The translations under genes were made by a program, and so were the position numbers. Shown piece by piece: positions 1 through 9,645 of a stretch of DNA of 64,000 bases (the stretch's first letter is position 1; every line of letters starts with the position of its first letter). The stretch is taken from the NCBI GenBank assembly GCA_040752695.1, contig JBFMGO010000014.1, forward strand, positions 13,673 through 77,672, read 5' to 3'. Source of the stretch: a bacterium (GTDB taxonomy: Bacteria; SZUA-182; DTGQ01). A model generated the notes under the pieces. The model was not told the origin of the DNA. It ran no database searches and worked only from the letters and a program-made list of their open reading frames with translations.

Positions 1-109
1 GGAAAACTATAAGGAGGAAGGGGGGGGAAAAGATCAAGGGATGTCCTTAACTGATACTGTGGGTCAAGAGGAAGAAATAGTTCCCTCGTTGAGGGGAATG
101 GTACTGAGA

Positions 110-193
110 GCAGTTAGCATGGTTATTAAGGCAGTTACAGCGGTTGTTAAGGCAGTTACAGCGGTTGTTAAGGCAGTTACAACGGTTATTAAG
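110..193. repeat. 4 x 21-bp tandem repeat (GCAGTTACAGCGGTTGTTAAG)
   Basis: Units at 110, 131, 152, 173; the middle two are identical. Confidence 0.9.
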
Positions 194-222
194 CAGGAAA
201 GAATAAATCCGGAGGATTCATT

Positions 223-723
223 ATGAAAAGGTATGCAATGCTTTTGATAGTTTTAATCGTACTGTTTGGATTTGTCGGAATGGCCGCAGCAGGCCCGGAG
301 GGAGACCCCAATATTCCTGAATTACCTCCAGCAGGGAATGTTTTAGTATCAAGCAAGGTTCAGGTAACAGCCCAGATAGGGGGGTGGGCTTCGCTCAGTC
401 GGGTTGTCGCACCAAGCAAAATTGGTTTCGTAGGTAAGCCAAATGAAGAACAATCCAGGTATGACGGCTGGATAGAGGTGCAGTGTAATGTACCCGTGAT
501 AATGACTGCGGAAATAACAGCTCCTTTGACAAATCCACAGGGTAATCAGATCAAGACCATGGTCAGCCTTGATTATGGTCCATTCGATGTATTGGTATCA
601 GGGCAGACCTGGGGCGGATATGAACAGCATAACCTCGGCCTGTACGGAGTTTTAGGAGATCCTGCTCAGGAAGCCGGTGAGTATACAGGAGAAGTTACGG
701 TTACTTTATCAAGGCCGCTCTGA
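223..723 (+). CDS. Secreted pilin-like beta-sandwich protein (fimbrial subunit/WxL-like C-terminus)
   Basis: GGAGG RBS; signal peptide (MKRYAMLL...MAAA); C-terminal AGEYTGEVTVTLS strand typical of chaperone-usher pilins and WxL-like proteins. Confidence 0.6.
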   Translation: MKRYAMLLIVLIVLFGFVGMAAAGPEGDPNIPELPPAGNVLVSSKVQVTAQIGGWASLSRVVAPSKIGFVGKPNEEQSRYDGWIEVQCNVPVIMTAEITAPLTNPQGNQIKTMVSLDYGPFDVLVSGQTWGGYEQHNLGLYGVLGDPAQEAGEYTGEVTVTLSRPL

Positions 724-860
724 TCCCTGCAGGTCTTTTGAAAGAAGAAGAGAAAAGGAGCATAATGGCATAAAAAGAGCAGCCGTGATGAAGAATGGAA
801 GATTCGTAAGCAAAAAAGGTTAGTATCCGCGACAGCGGATAAATGACGACAAGAATGGCA

Positions 861-899
861 TGGCTGAGGGGTGATGGCAACTCCTTCACCCCTCAGCCA
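861..899 (+). terminator. Stem-loop between the pilin-like and chaperone-like genes (terminator or mRNA stabiliser)
   Basis: TGGCTGAGGGGTGA...TCACCCCTCAGCCA inverted repeat; no clear U-tract. Confidence 0.45.
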
Positions 900-952
900 A
901 AGATCCATAGACTATTCTATGGTCCATGTTCTGAGCCATTGGAGGGTTATTA

Positions 953-2662
953 TTGTTTGGCCGTTGTATTCCCGACAGCAGCGGGAAAAAAGATCGTGAT
1001 CAGCCGGGGGCCCGGCAGGTTTGTCTTGCTGTTTTGGCCCTTAGCGGTATTTTTACCTTTTCCTGCCTCTTCCCTTCTTTATCCTGGGCTGTTGGCTTCG
1101 TGGGTGTGAACCCTTTGCTCATAGATCTTGAACTTTCAACAGGCAAAAGAGGCGAATTCGAAATGGAAGTATATTCCATCTCAAATGAAGATGTCCCTGT
1201 TCATTTTTCCCTCTTTGATGTCATACAGAAAGAGGATGGAAGTACGGAATTTTCGGATATCGGCAGCAACCGCTATTCATGCACTCCCTGGATAAAACTT
1301 GAAAAGAGTGATCTTACCATACCCGCTGGTGAGAGCGTAATCGTCAAGGGTGAGATCACCGTTCCCCTTGCCCATGCCGGGAGCAGGCTGGCTGCCATTA
1401 TGGTCGAACCTTGTCGCGGGCAGAAAGAAGCCGGTATCATTGTAAAATTACGGTATGCAGTTATTCTCAGACTGAAGATAACGGACAGGCCAGCCATGGA
1501 AGAGGCAAGGCTTGACAGATTCGGCAAAAAAAAATTAGCGGATGGTACACCTGCCCTTGAGGCGGTTCTCTTCAACAAGTCCGAGACAGACTATAAGGTT
1601 AAGGGAAGTGTCCTCATCCAGGACGGTTCAGGAAAGATATTCACTGAGCTGAATCTTACTACGGACTCACTCGAGCGAAAGAAAAAAGAGGGAAAGAAAG
1701 AAGAAAAAGAAAAAAAGAAAGGCACAGCGGCCACCACCGGAGGGGAAGAAGATCAAAGGATCTATCCAGGCGCCCGGGTGGCCTTTTGGGCGGGATTGGA
1801 CAAACCAGTACCTCCGGGCGATTATGTGGCTATCCTGAACATGCGGTATGGCCAGAGAAGCCTGACGGCCAAAGAAAATATCAGCTTCACTGAAGAGGAT
1901 ATCGCCCCTATAGCCAGGAAGTCTGCACAAGGGGTATCCTTCGAGATTAAGCCCTCTTATCTTGAGGTGAAGGGACAACCTGCAGGTATAAGGACAGCGG
2001 TTTTTACGATCATCAATCTGGTCGATGAGCCCCAAAAGGTATCATTATCAATCAAGGATATCGAGTATGATCCCAATGGGCAGGTCCTCGTAAAGGACCC
2101 TGGCACTACACCCTATTCTGCAAACGGATGGCTTCAGCTTGAGCGGTCTGAATACGAGATAGGGCCGAGGCTTTCACAGAGCGTGTCGATGAGAGTCGAG
2201 GTTCCTGCGTCAATCGTCCAGGTCGGGAACAGGTATGGCCAGGTAGTGGTTGAAAAGTCTTACCAGGGGGGATTCGAGACGGCCCATGGGGAAAAAGGCC
2301 GCATGGAAGTGGGAGTGATTCTTCCCGGTAAGGTTGAACCCGCTTTTGAGGTTAAGTGTCTCAAACGGCTGGAAAAGGATAAAGGATTCGGGGAATTGGT
2401 GGCAGAGGTCAGGAATAATGGCCCGGTCCATGTGATTCCAAAGGGAAGAGTTATTATCAAGGACGTTTATGATAATAAGGTTGACGAGGTGGAACTTAAT
2501 CTGATAGTCAGAGCCCTGCTGCCCTACTCAGAGGGGAGGATGAGAGGGGAGATAAAGAAAAAGCTCATCCCCGGTGAATATATTGCCATCGCCGAGATAG
2601 ATTACGGCGGAAAGGAAAAGGCAACCTCGAAGATAACCTTCAAGAAGCAACCTCGCTCATGA
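953..2662 (+). CDS. Exported tandem Ig-fold protein, fimbrial chaperone (PapD/EcpB)-like or DUF916/DUF3324-like, internally duplicated
   Basis: TTG start with GGAGGG RBS; signal peptide; two copies of ...YS(C/A)xxWxxLExS...VP and PG(D/E)YxA...YG. Confidence 0.6.
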   Translation: MFGRCIPDSSGKKDRDQPGARQVCLAVLALSGIFTFSCLFPSLSWAVGFVGVNPLLIDLELSTGKRGEFEMEVYSISNEDVPVHFSLFDVIQKEDGSTEFSDIGSNRYSCTPWIKLEKSDLTIPAGESVIVKGEITVPLAHAGSRLAAIMVEPCRGQKEAGIIVKLRYAVILRLKITDRPAMEEARLDRFGKKKLADGTPALEAVLFNKSETDYKVKGSVLIQDGSGKIFTELNLTTDSLERKKKEGKKEEKEKKKGTAATTGGEEDQRIYPGARVAFWAGLDKPVPPGDYVAILNMRYGQRSLTAKENISFTEEDIAPIARKSAQGVSFEIKPSYLEVKGQPAGIRTAVFTIINLVDEPQKVSLSIKDIEYDPNGQVLVKDPGTTPYSANGWLQLERSEYEIGPRLSQSVSMRVEVPASIVQVGNRYGQVVVEKSYQGGFETAHGEKGRMEVGVILPGKVEPAFEVKCLKRLEKDKGFGELVAEVRNNGPVHVIPKGRVIIKDVYDNKVDEVELNLIVRALLPYSEGRMRGEIKKKLIPGEYIAIAEIDYGGKEKATSKITFKKQPRS

Positions 2663-4314
2663 CCAGAATCTTACGATACACCCCTTTCTTAGCTTTTTTG
2701 TTCTCTCTTTTCATGTTCCTTTCAGCAGCAGGCTGCGTCCATGGTGATTATGCACTTTTAGAAGAAGGCAAGCGGCTTTACGAGAGGCAGGAATATGAAA
2801 AAGCAGTCAGTAAGTTTCTGGAAATAAAGCATAATTACCCACATAGTAACGTAGCCGAACTGGCAGATGATTATGCAAAAAGGGGCGAAGATGCCCTGAG
2901 CAGAAAGAAAGAAACCCGGAAAGAGCTTGTACCAAAAGAGCCCATACCAAAAGAGCATATACAAAAAGAGCGCATACCAAAAGTGCTCAGGCCGGAGGAA
3001 AAATCGTCAAAGCCAGGTGGGCAGAGGAACAAAGAGTTAATTGCTCATGGTGAATCGGCGCCAGCCCATTCGAACAAGGGAGACGATGCTGTCAGGAAAA
3101 AGGAAGATGCTCGTAAAGAAGCCGCACTGCAAAAGAAAATACCAGAGCCAAAAGGACCAGAGCCTGAAACAAAGGGTTCAGAGCCTGCAAAAGCAAGCAA
3201 AGAGCTGGGGAAAAAGCCGGAAAAGCTCCTCACGAATGTGTTCTATGATACCGATATACGGGAGATAATCAGAAACCTTTCTGCCGAAACAGGTGAAAAT
3301 TTAATTACCGATGATACCATTCAAGGCATTATTTCACTAAAATACGAAAATCAGCCTCTTGAAAAGGTATTAAAGATGATACTCGCCGCAGGGGGATATA
3401 CTTTCAAAAAGATGGATGATTATTACCTCATCGGCTCGGCTGATCCCCGGAGCGCACTGTTCAATTTCCTGAGCAGGACTGTCTCTGTGAAACCAAGATT
3501 TTTAAAGGCCAAGGAGATTTTAAAACTCATTTCCCCTTCATTTGCCCCATCGATCCAGCTCAATGAAGAGCGCAACCTGCTTACTATCACCTCATCCCCC
3601 GAAAAGATAGAAAGGATACTTGAGGACATCAGGATAATCGATAAAAAGCCACGGCAGGTGACACTTGAGGCAATCATTATAGACCTTTCATCAGATGCAA
3701 GGAAGAGTCTGGGTATAAACTGGACAGGGCAATCGGGCAAGTTTCCCGGATCTATGGAGGACCTCGATATAACATTCGGCTATACCGATACGCAGGTCTT
3801 AACTCAGCAGATTACGGCCAAGATTCGTGCGCTGGTTGAGAATGGTTTAGCCTCAGTGAAAGCTACGCCCCGGGTAACTACCATGGATGGGGAGGACGCT
3901 GAAATCAACCTGAACCTTGAACAATATATATCCATAACTTCAGGTCCGGTCTCTTATCCCTATAGCTCAGTCCAGACAATCAAAGCAGGGATCAGTCTCC
4001 ATATCGTTCCCTTCATTTCAGAAGATAATGAAATTCTGGTGAAAATAAAACCGGCAGAAGTAAGCGATTTTGTCGGAACAGGGCCGGGAGACCTTCCTCT
4101 AATCAATAAACGTTCGGTTACTACTTCAGTGATGGTTAAAGATACCGAAACCATAGTTATAGGAGGTCTCCTCAGAAAGCGGGATGTCAACCGGGTTTCA
4201 AAAGTTCCCATTCTCGGCTATATACCAGTTATAAATATATTCTTTAGCAAGAGAGAAAAGGTAACCGAAGATTCAGAGGTGCTTATATTGATAACGCCTC
4301 GTATACTCCAATAA
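2659..4314 (+). CDS. Secretin (GspD/PilQ family) with N-terminal TPR-like domain and STN/N domains
   Basis: Secretin motifs QVTLEAIIID, ATPRVTTMDG, IVIGGLL, KVPILGYIP, EVLILITPRI; possible lipobox AAGC. Confidence 0.9.
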   Translation: MTRILRYTPFLAFLFSLFMFLSAAGCVHGDYALLEEGKRLYERQEYEKAVSKFLEIKHNYPHSNVAELADDYAKRGEDALSRKKETRKELVPKEPIPKEHIQKERIPKVLRPEEKSSKPGGQRNKELIAHGESAPAHSNKGDDAVRKKEDARKEAALQKKIPEPKGPEPETKGSEPAKASKELGKKPEKLLTNVFYDTDIREIIRNLSAETGENLITDDTIQGIISLKYENQPLEKVLKMILAAGGYTFKKMDDYYLIGSADPRSALFNFLSRTVSVKPRFLKAKEILKLISPSFAPSIQLNEERNLLTITSSPEKIERILEDIRIIDKKPRQVTLEAIIIDLSSDARKSLGINWTGQSGKFPGSMEDLDITFGYTDTQVLTQQITAKIRALVENGLASVKATPRVTTMDGEDAEINLNLEQYISITSGPVSYPYSSVQTIKAGISLHIVPFISEDNEILVKIKPAEVSDFVGTGPGDLPLINKRSVTTSVMVKDTETIVIGGLLRKRDVNRVSKVPILGYIPVINIFFSKREKVTEDSEVLILITPRILQ

Positions 4315-4467
4315 TTTGATGAAGATAGCCCCCCCTTCCTCCCTCCCAAACTGAAGTTACTTCGCCCCAAATCTTGAAAACATTCTGGATGAGCTTGAAA
4401 AAGGATAGGACTTTTACGTTTTAGATTGCCTCCACTTTAACTCCACAGAGTTTTGTGGTGCTACCCA

Positions 4468-4483
4468 AGGCATGAATATTGCA
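4468..4483 (+). promoter_or_regulatory. Putative sigma-54 (-24/-12) promoter of the formate dehydrogenase operon
   Basis: AGGCATGAATATTGCA: GG and GC at canonical spacing. Confidence 0.55.
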
Positions 4484-4621
4484 TATTATACTTATTACAC
4501 AAGCTCTTGGGGGGCAGATTATAGCCATTACAGAACAACAAGATCCCAAATTCCCAAGCAGGTCATCACATGACAGCCCTTAAATCCTATAACTATCAAT
4601 CCCTTCTCAAAGGAGGACTCA

Positions 4622-7606
4622 ATGGATCTGAGTCGAAGAGGTTTTCTTAAAGCATCAGGTGCAGCCGCGGCGTCTGCAGCCATAGGCTCTCTGGGATTCG
4701 ACCTTTCAGGTGTGTCGGCGTATACTCATCCTCTCAAGATCAGCTATGCCAAGGAAACTACCACTATCTGCCCCTTCTGTTCATGCGGGTGCAGCATTAT
4801 TGTGCATACTGTGGACGGCAAGGTCATCAACACCGAGGGGGACCCCGACTCGCCCATCAATGAGGGGGCGCTGTGCGCCAAGGGATCGGCCCTCTATCAG
4901 GAGGCACACAGCGAGTATCGGCTGCGCAAAGTCCGCTACCGTGCTCCTGGAAGCAGCACCTGGGAGGAAAAGGACTGGGACTGGGCGCTGGACAGAATCA
5001 GCCGGAATGTCAAAAATACCAGGGACAATACCTTTGTCACAAAGACCAGCGATGGCCTGATCGTCAACCGGACCGAAGGGATTGCCAATCTTGGGGGAGC
5101 AGCGATCAATAACGAAGAATGCTATATTCTGGCCAAGCTTGCCAGAAGCTTAGGATTCGTTAATCTCGATCATCAGGCCAGGGTCTGACACTCCTCTACA
5201 GTAGCGGCTCTGGCAGAGTCGTTCGGTAGAGGTGCAATGACCAATCACTGGATCGATCTGAAAAACAGTGACTGTATTATCGTCATGGGCAGCAATGCAG
5301 CGGAAAATCATCCCATGTCGTTCCGATGGGCTCTTCGGGCCAGGGATGAGCGGTCGGCCAGGATCATCAGCGTGGACCCGCGCTTCACCCGTACCTCGTC
5401 TCTGGCCGATATCTATGCGCCGCTGCGCTCCGGCACGGATATTGCCTTTATTGGCGGGATGATTAACTATTGCCTCCAGAATCAGCTCTACAATCAGGAA
5501 TATGTAGTGGAATATACTAATGCCGGCCATCTCATATCCGAAGACTTCTCCTTCTCCGAGGGGCTTTTCTCCGGCTATGATCAAACCGCCAGAAAGTATG
5601 ATAACGCCAGTTGGGCCTACCAGCTCGATGAGAATGGGGTTCCCCTTGAGGACAAGACCCTTCAGAATCCGCATTGCGTATTTCAACTGCTCAAAAACCA
5701 CTTCAGCCGCTATGATGTTGACACGGTGTGCAAGATTACCGGAACTCCCAGGGAGAAATTCCTGGAAGTGGCCAGGACCTTCTGTGCAACCGGAGATCCC
5801 CGCAAAGCCGGAACCATCATGTATGCCATGGGCTGGACCCAGCACACTACCGGCACGCAGATCATCCGGGCTTTTGCCATCCTGCAACTTCTTTTGGGCA
5901 ATATTGGCATTGCCGGTGGCGGAGTCAATGCCCTGCGGGGTGAGCCGAATGTGCAGGGATCAACCGATTATGCGCTTCTCTTCCACCTTTTACCCGGCTA
6001 TCTGAAGGTTCCGGTTGATAAGGACACCTCCCTTCAGGCATATCTTGACAGGTGCACACCGGTGTCAAAAGATCCCAAAAGCGTCAACTACTGGAAAAAC
6101 TATCCCAAGTTCATGATCAGCCTGCTCAAGGCCTGGTATGGGGAGAATGCCACAGCGGAAAATGAGTTCTGTTTTCATCTACTGCCAAAGGCCTCAGGCA
6201 ATTACTCGCATATGTCCATCTTCCAGAGCATGTATCAGGGGAAGATCAAGGGACTTTTCTGCTGGGGTCAGAACCCGGCTGTGAGCGGTCCCAATGCACT
6301 GATGGAGCAAAAAGCCCTTGAGAAGTTAGACTGGCTGGTCTGCACGGACATCTTCGAGACGGAAACTTCCATCTTCTGGAAACGCCCGGGTGCAAACCCT
6401 GGCGATATCAAAACCGAGGTCTTTCTTCTTCCGGCTGCATCCTCATCCGAGAAAGAGGGAAGCATCAGCAACAGCGGCCGCTGGGCCCAGTGGCGGTACA
6501 CATGTGAGCAGCCCCAGGGAGAAGCAAGATCAGACCTTTGGATCATGAATTCCCTCATGCTGCGGCTGAAAAGGCTCTATGCTCAGGACCCTGGTCCGTT
6601 CCCTGACCCGATCACCAGGCTTAGCTGGAATCTCGGCTCAGCCGACAAGCCAAGCGCTGCTGTCGTGGCCAGAGAGATCAACGGGTACGATCTTTCTTCA
6701 GGCAGGCTGCTCGATAATTTTACTCAATGCCAGGACAATGGAACAACATCTTGCGGTAACTGGCTCTATTCGGGCAGTTACACGGAAGCGGGTAACCTGA
6801 TGGCTCGACGGGGAAAGGATGATCCCACCGGTATGGGCCTTTATCCCAACTGGTCCTGGTGCTGGCCACTCAACCGCAGAATTATCTATAACCGTGCCTC
6901 CTGCGATACTCAAGGCAGGCCCTGGGATCCTGACCGTGCGGTCATCTGGTGGAATGAGGCCATGCAGCAGTGGGAGGGAGATGTGCCGGATTATGGCAAG
7001 AAAGTTCCGCCAAAGAATAATGCCGGGGCCTTTATCATGAAGACCGAGGGGCATGCCCGGCTCTTTGGCATGGACCTGGCGGATGGACCGTTCCCGGAGC
7101 ACTATGAGCCGTATGAAAGCCCTGTGGATAATATTCTCTCATCCCAGCAGATAAACCCTTGTGTCTTCCTTGGCTATAATACGGACCTTGACAAGAAGGG
7201 CAATCAGCGTGAGTTTCCGATTGTGGCTACCACCTACCGGATCACCGAGCATTGGCAGAGCGGGATCGAAACCCGCTGGCAGCCGTGGCTCTGTGAGCTG
7301 ATGCCGGAGATGTTCGTCGAATTGTCCAGGGAACTGGCCAAAGAGAAAGGGATCAGTAATGGGGATCTTTGCACCGTCGCATCGGCCAGAGGCTCGATCA
7401 GGGCCGTAGCTGTCGTTACCGCCCGGTTCAGACCCTTTCTGGTCGATAACCGCGTGGTCCACCAGATCGGGCTCCCCTGGTGCTATGGCTATGCAGGACT
7501 GGCTACCGGAGATCCGGCCAATATCCTGACGCCGAATATTGGAGATCCAAACACCAGGATACCCGAATACAAGGCATTCCTGTGTGCTATCAGGAAGGGG
7601 GTGTGA
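4622..7606 (+). CDS. fdnG: Formate dehydrogenase alpha subunit, selenocysteine-containing (Sec UGA at 5186-5188), Tat-exported
   Basis: SRRGFLK Tat motif; CPFCSCGC...C Fe-S motif; in-frame HQARV-UGA-HSSTVAALAESFGRGAMTNHW joins ORFs 4622..5188 and 5237..7606 (994 aa); ALRGEPNVQG motif. Confidence 0.95.
5194..5231 (+). promoter_or_regulatory. Bacterial SECIS element
   Basis: Hairpin just 3' of the UGA: CTCTAC/GTAGAG outer stem, GCGGCTCT/AGAGTCGT inner stem, G-containing apical loop. Confidence 0.8.
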
Positions 7607-7612
7607 TGAGCC

Positions 7613-8416
7613 ATGAGTATGAAACGAATTGGTCTTTTGATGGATACTTCGCGGTGCCTGGCCTGCCGGGCCTGCCAGGTGGCCTGCAAGCAATGGAACA
7701 AACTTCCTGCTGAGCCGAAAGAATCCTGGAAAACCAGAGGCAGCTATGAAAATCCTGCCGACCTTTCTCCGGTCACCTGGACGCGAGTGAGGTTCACTGA
7801 ATATGAGCAGCATGGCGGCGGGGTCGAGTGGCTTTTTCGCAAATTGCAGTGCATGCAGTGCCAGGACGCCACCTGCCTGAAAGTATGCCCTGAGAAAAAG
7901 GCTCTTTATCGGAACCAGGATGGATTGGTTGTTCTTGACAGCGCCTATTGCACGGGATGCGGATACTGCACCCAGAACTGTCCCTTTGAAATTCCCCGCT
8001 TCGATGCCAAAGAAAGAAGAACCTTCAAGTGCAATATGTGTTATGACCGCATCGCCAATGGCCTGATCCCGGCCTGTGCCAAAGCCTGTCCTGCACAGGC
8101 GATCCAGTTCGGCCCGCGAAATGAACTGATTGAAAAGGCCCATCAGCGCATTCAGGCTCTGAAAGGAAAGGGATTCCCGGAGGCTTCACTTTACGGAGAG
8201 AATGAGTGCGGCGGCCTTGGGGTAATATATATTCTGAAATATGGCCGGAGCAAGTATGAGGGGCTGCCTGCTGATCCCAAAGTGCCCCTGTCGGTCAAAC
8301 TGTGGAAAGACTGGCTCAAACCCGTGGGACTGGCCTCATTTTTAGGCGGACTTGGCTTTGTGGTCTTCCATTACGTCCTGCACGGGCCAAAGATTATTGA
8401 AAAGGGAGGTGATTGA
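7613..8416 (+). CDS. fdnH: Formate dehydrogenase iron-sulfur beta subunit
   Basis: Four Cys-cluster motifs (CLACRACQVAC, CMQC..C..C, CTGCGYC..C, CNMC..C..C); C-terminal TM anchor. Confidence 0.93.
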   Translation: MSMKRIGLLMDTSRCLACRACQVACKQWNKLPAEPKESWKTRGSYENPADLSPVTWTRVRFTEYEQHGGGVEWLFRKLQCMQCQDATCLKVCPEKKALYRNQDGLVVLDSAYCTGCGYCTQNCPFEIPRFDAKERRTFKCNMCYDRIANGLIPACAKACPAQAIQFGPRNELIEKAHQRIQALKGKGFPEASLYGENECGGLGVIYILKYGRSKYEGLPADPKVPLSVKLWKDWLKPVGLASFLGGLGFVVFHYVLHGPKIIEKGGD

Positions 8417-9063
8417 TCATGGCTGATTATTCTTCTGAGCTGAACCTGGTTAAGGTTTCCAACTGGTTTGAACGCCTGTCCCATACGGTTTTGGCCATCA
8501 GTTGGCTGCTCCTGGTCTTTACGGGCCTGGCTTTCTATTCCAAAAAGTTTGCCCTGTTCGGAGAATTTTTCGGCGGCCTTCGAGCCACTGTGCCGGTGCA
8601 TAATTATGCCGGCCTTGTTTTTCTGTTCTCGGTAGTGATGATATTCTTTGCCATGTTTAAGGAATCGGCCAAAATTGACAGCGATGATATCAAATGGGTA
8701 CTGTGTGCAGGCGGCTATCTGTGGCCAGCCAAAGCGCCCGAATCAGGGCGGTTCAATACGGGACAAAAAGGGATGTACTTTTTCACGGTCATTATGGGTA
8801 TCATTATGGGCGTGACTGGCTGGACCATGTGGCATGCCCCGACCACCTCTTATAATAAGGCGTGGGTATCTATCTGCTATCCGGTCCACTCTCTTGGCGG
8901 GATTCTCTTTTTTTCTGCCTGGATAGTTCATGCCTATTTCGGATCGATCTGCAACCCGGGCAGCATCGAGGCCATAACTCATGGATGGGTATCCAAGGCA
9001 TGGCTGCGGCTTCAGCATGGGAAGTGGTTCAAAGAGCATGTCCCGGTGAATAAAAAGATGTAA
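8413..9063 (+). CDS. fdnI: Formate dehydrogenase cytochrome b (gamma) subunit
   Basis: Four TM helices; heme His residues (ERLSH, VHNY, VHSL, VHAY); GRFNTGQK motif. Confidence 0.92.
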   Translation: MIMADYSSELNLVKVSNWFERLSHTVLAISWLLLVFTGLAFYSKKFALFGEFFGGLRATVPVHNYAGLVFLFSVVMIFFAMFKESAKIDSDDIKWVLCAGGYLWPAKAPESGRFNTGQKGMYFFTVIMGIIMGVTGWTMWHAPTTSYNKAWVSICYPVHSLGGILFFSAWIVHAYFGSICNPGSIEAITHGWVSKAWLRLQHGKWFKEHVPVNKKM

Positions 9064-9086
9064 GAGCCTGTGATAAGCCTACCCCC

Positions 9087-9130
9087 AAATCCCTCCTCCC
9101 CCCTTTTCTAAAAGGGGGGAGGAGGGATTT
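9087..9130 (+). terminator. Perfect 21-bp inverted repeat after fdnI (terminator / CCCCCTTT-AAAGGGGG repeat)
   Basis: AAATCCCTCCTCCCCCCTTTT-CT-AAAAGGGGGGAGGAGGGATTT followed by TT. Confidence 0.7.
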
Positions 9131-9222
9131 TTAACATAGAGTCCAATTAAGCTTTGCACACTATGTGGATACTTTTCAGGTTTTGGCTGAATTTTCCATG
9201 GGGATCGGGGATTCGTGAACGA

Positions 9223-9252
9223 TTGACAGTTCCATGAATGATGGAGTATACT
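9223..9252 (+). promoter_or_regulatory. Putative sigma-70 promoter for the Lrp/trp-like cluster
   Basis: TTGACA-18 bp-TATACT. Confidence 0.55.
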
Positions 9253-9369
9253 GGGTTTCTAATAGAAAAAGGTATTCCCATCATTATGTTTATTTCACAA
9301 TATTTATTATCACATACCAGCTTTTATCGACTTTAGCACCTTTTCCTTGACAATAGAAGGAGCGCTATC

Positions 9370-9645
9370 ATGATTACATCGGTTGTAATGATTACGTGTG
9401 AGGTGGGTAAGGTTCACCAGATCGCAGAGGATCTGGTGAACCTGGATGGAATTGCCGAGGTGTACTCTATATCCGGTGAGTACGATATCATGGCCATTAT
9501 CCGGGTGAAGGAGTACGATTCTCTGGCCAAGCTGGTATCACAGGATATCGCCGGTCTTGATGGCATCACCATGACCAACACCCACATGGCCTTTCGCTGC
9601 TACTCGAAGCATGATATGGAGAGAATGTGGTCGGATTTTCTCTAG
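9370..9645 (+). CDS. Lrp/AsnC ligand-binding (RAM) domain protein, no HTH
   Basis: EVYSISGEYDIMAIIRV motif; 91 aa; AGGAG RBS. Confidence 0.88.
   Translation: MITSVVMITCEVGKVHQIAEDLVNLDGIAEVYSISGEYDIMAIIRVKEYDSLAKLVSQDIAGLDGITMTNTHMAFRCYSKHDMERMWSDFL

Noticed and set aside
41..226. 61-aa ORF with AVTAVVK repeats
   Set aside because: Its content is just the translation of the 21-bp repeat; no other coding evidence
13..4342. 14-bp inverted repeat (GGAGGAAGGGGGGG at 13-26; complement at 4329-4342) bracketing the pilin-secretin module
   Set aside because: Low-complexity G-run similar to others in the window; no transposase or target duplication
5186..5188. fdnG as a nonsense pseudogene or two genes
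   Set aside because: The UGA is at the conserved Sec position with a SECIS-like hairpin and a continuous frame
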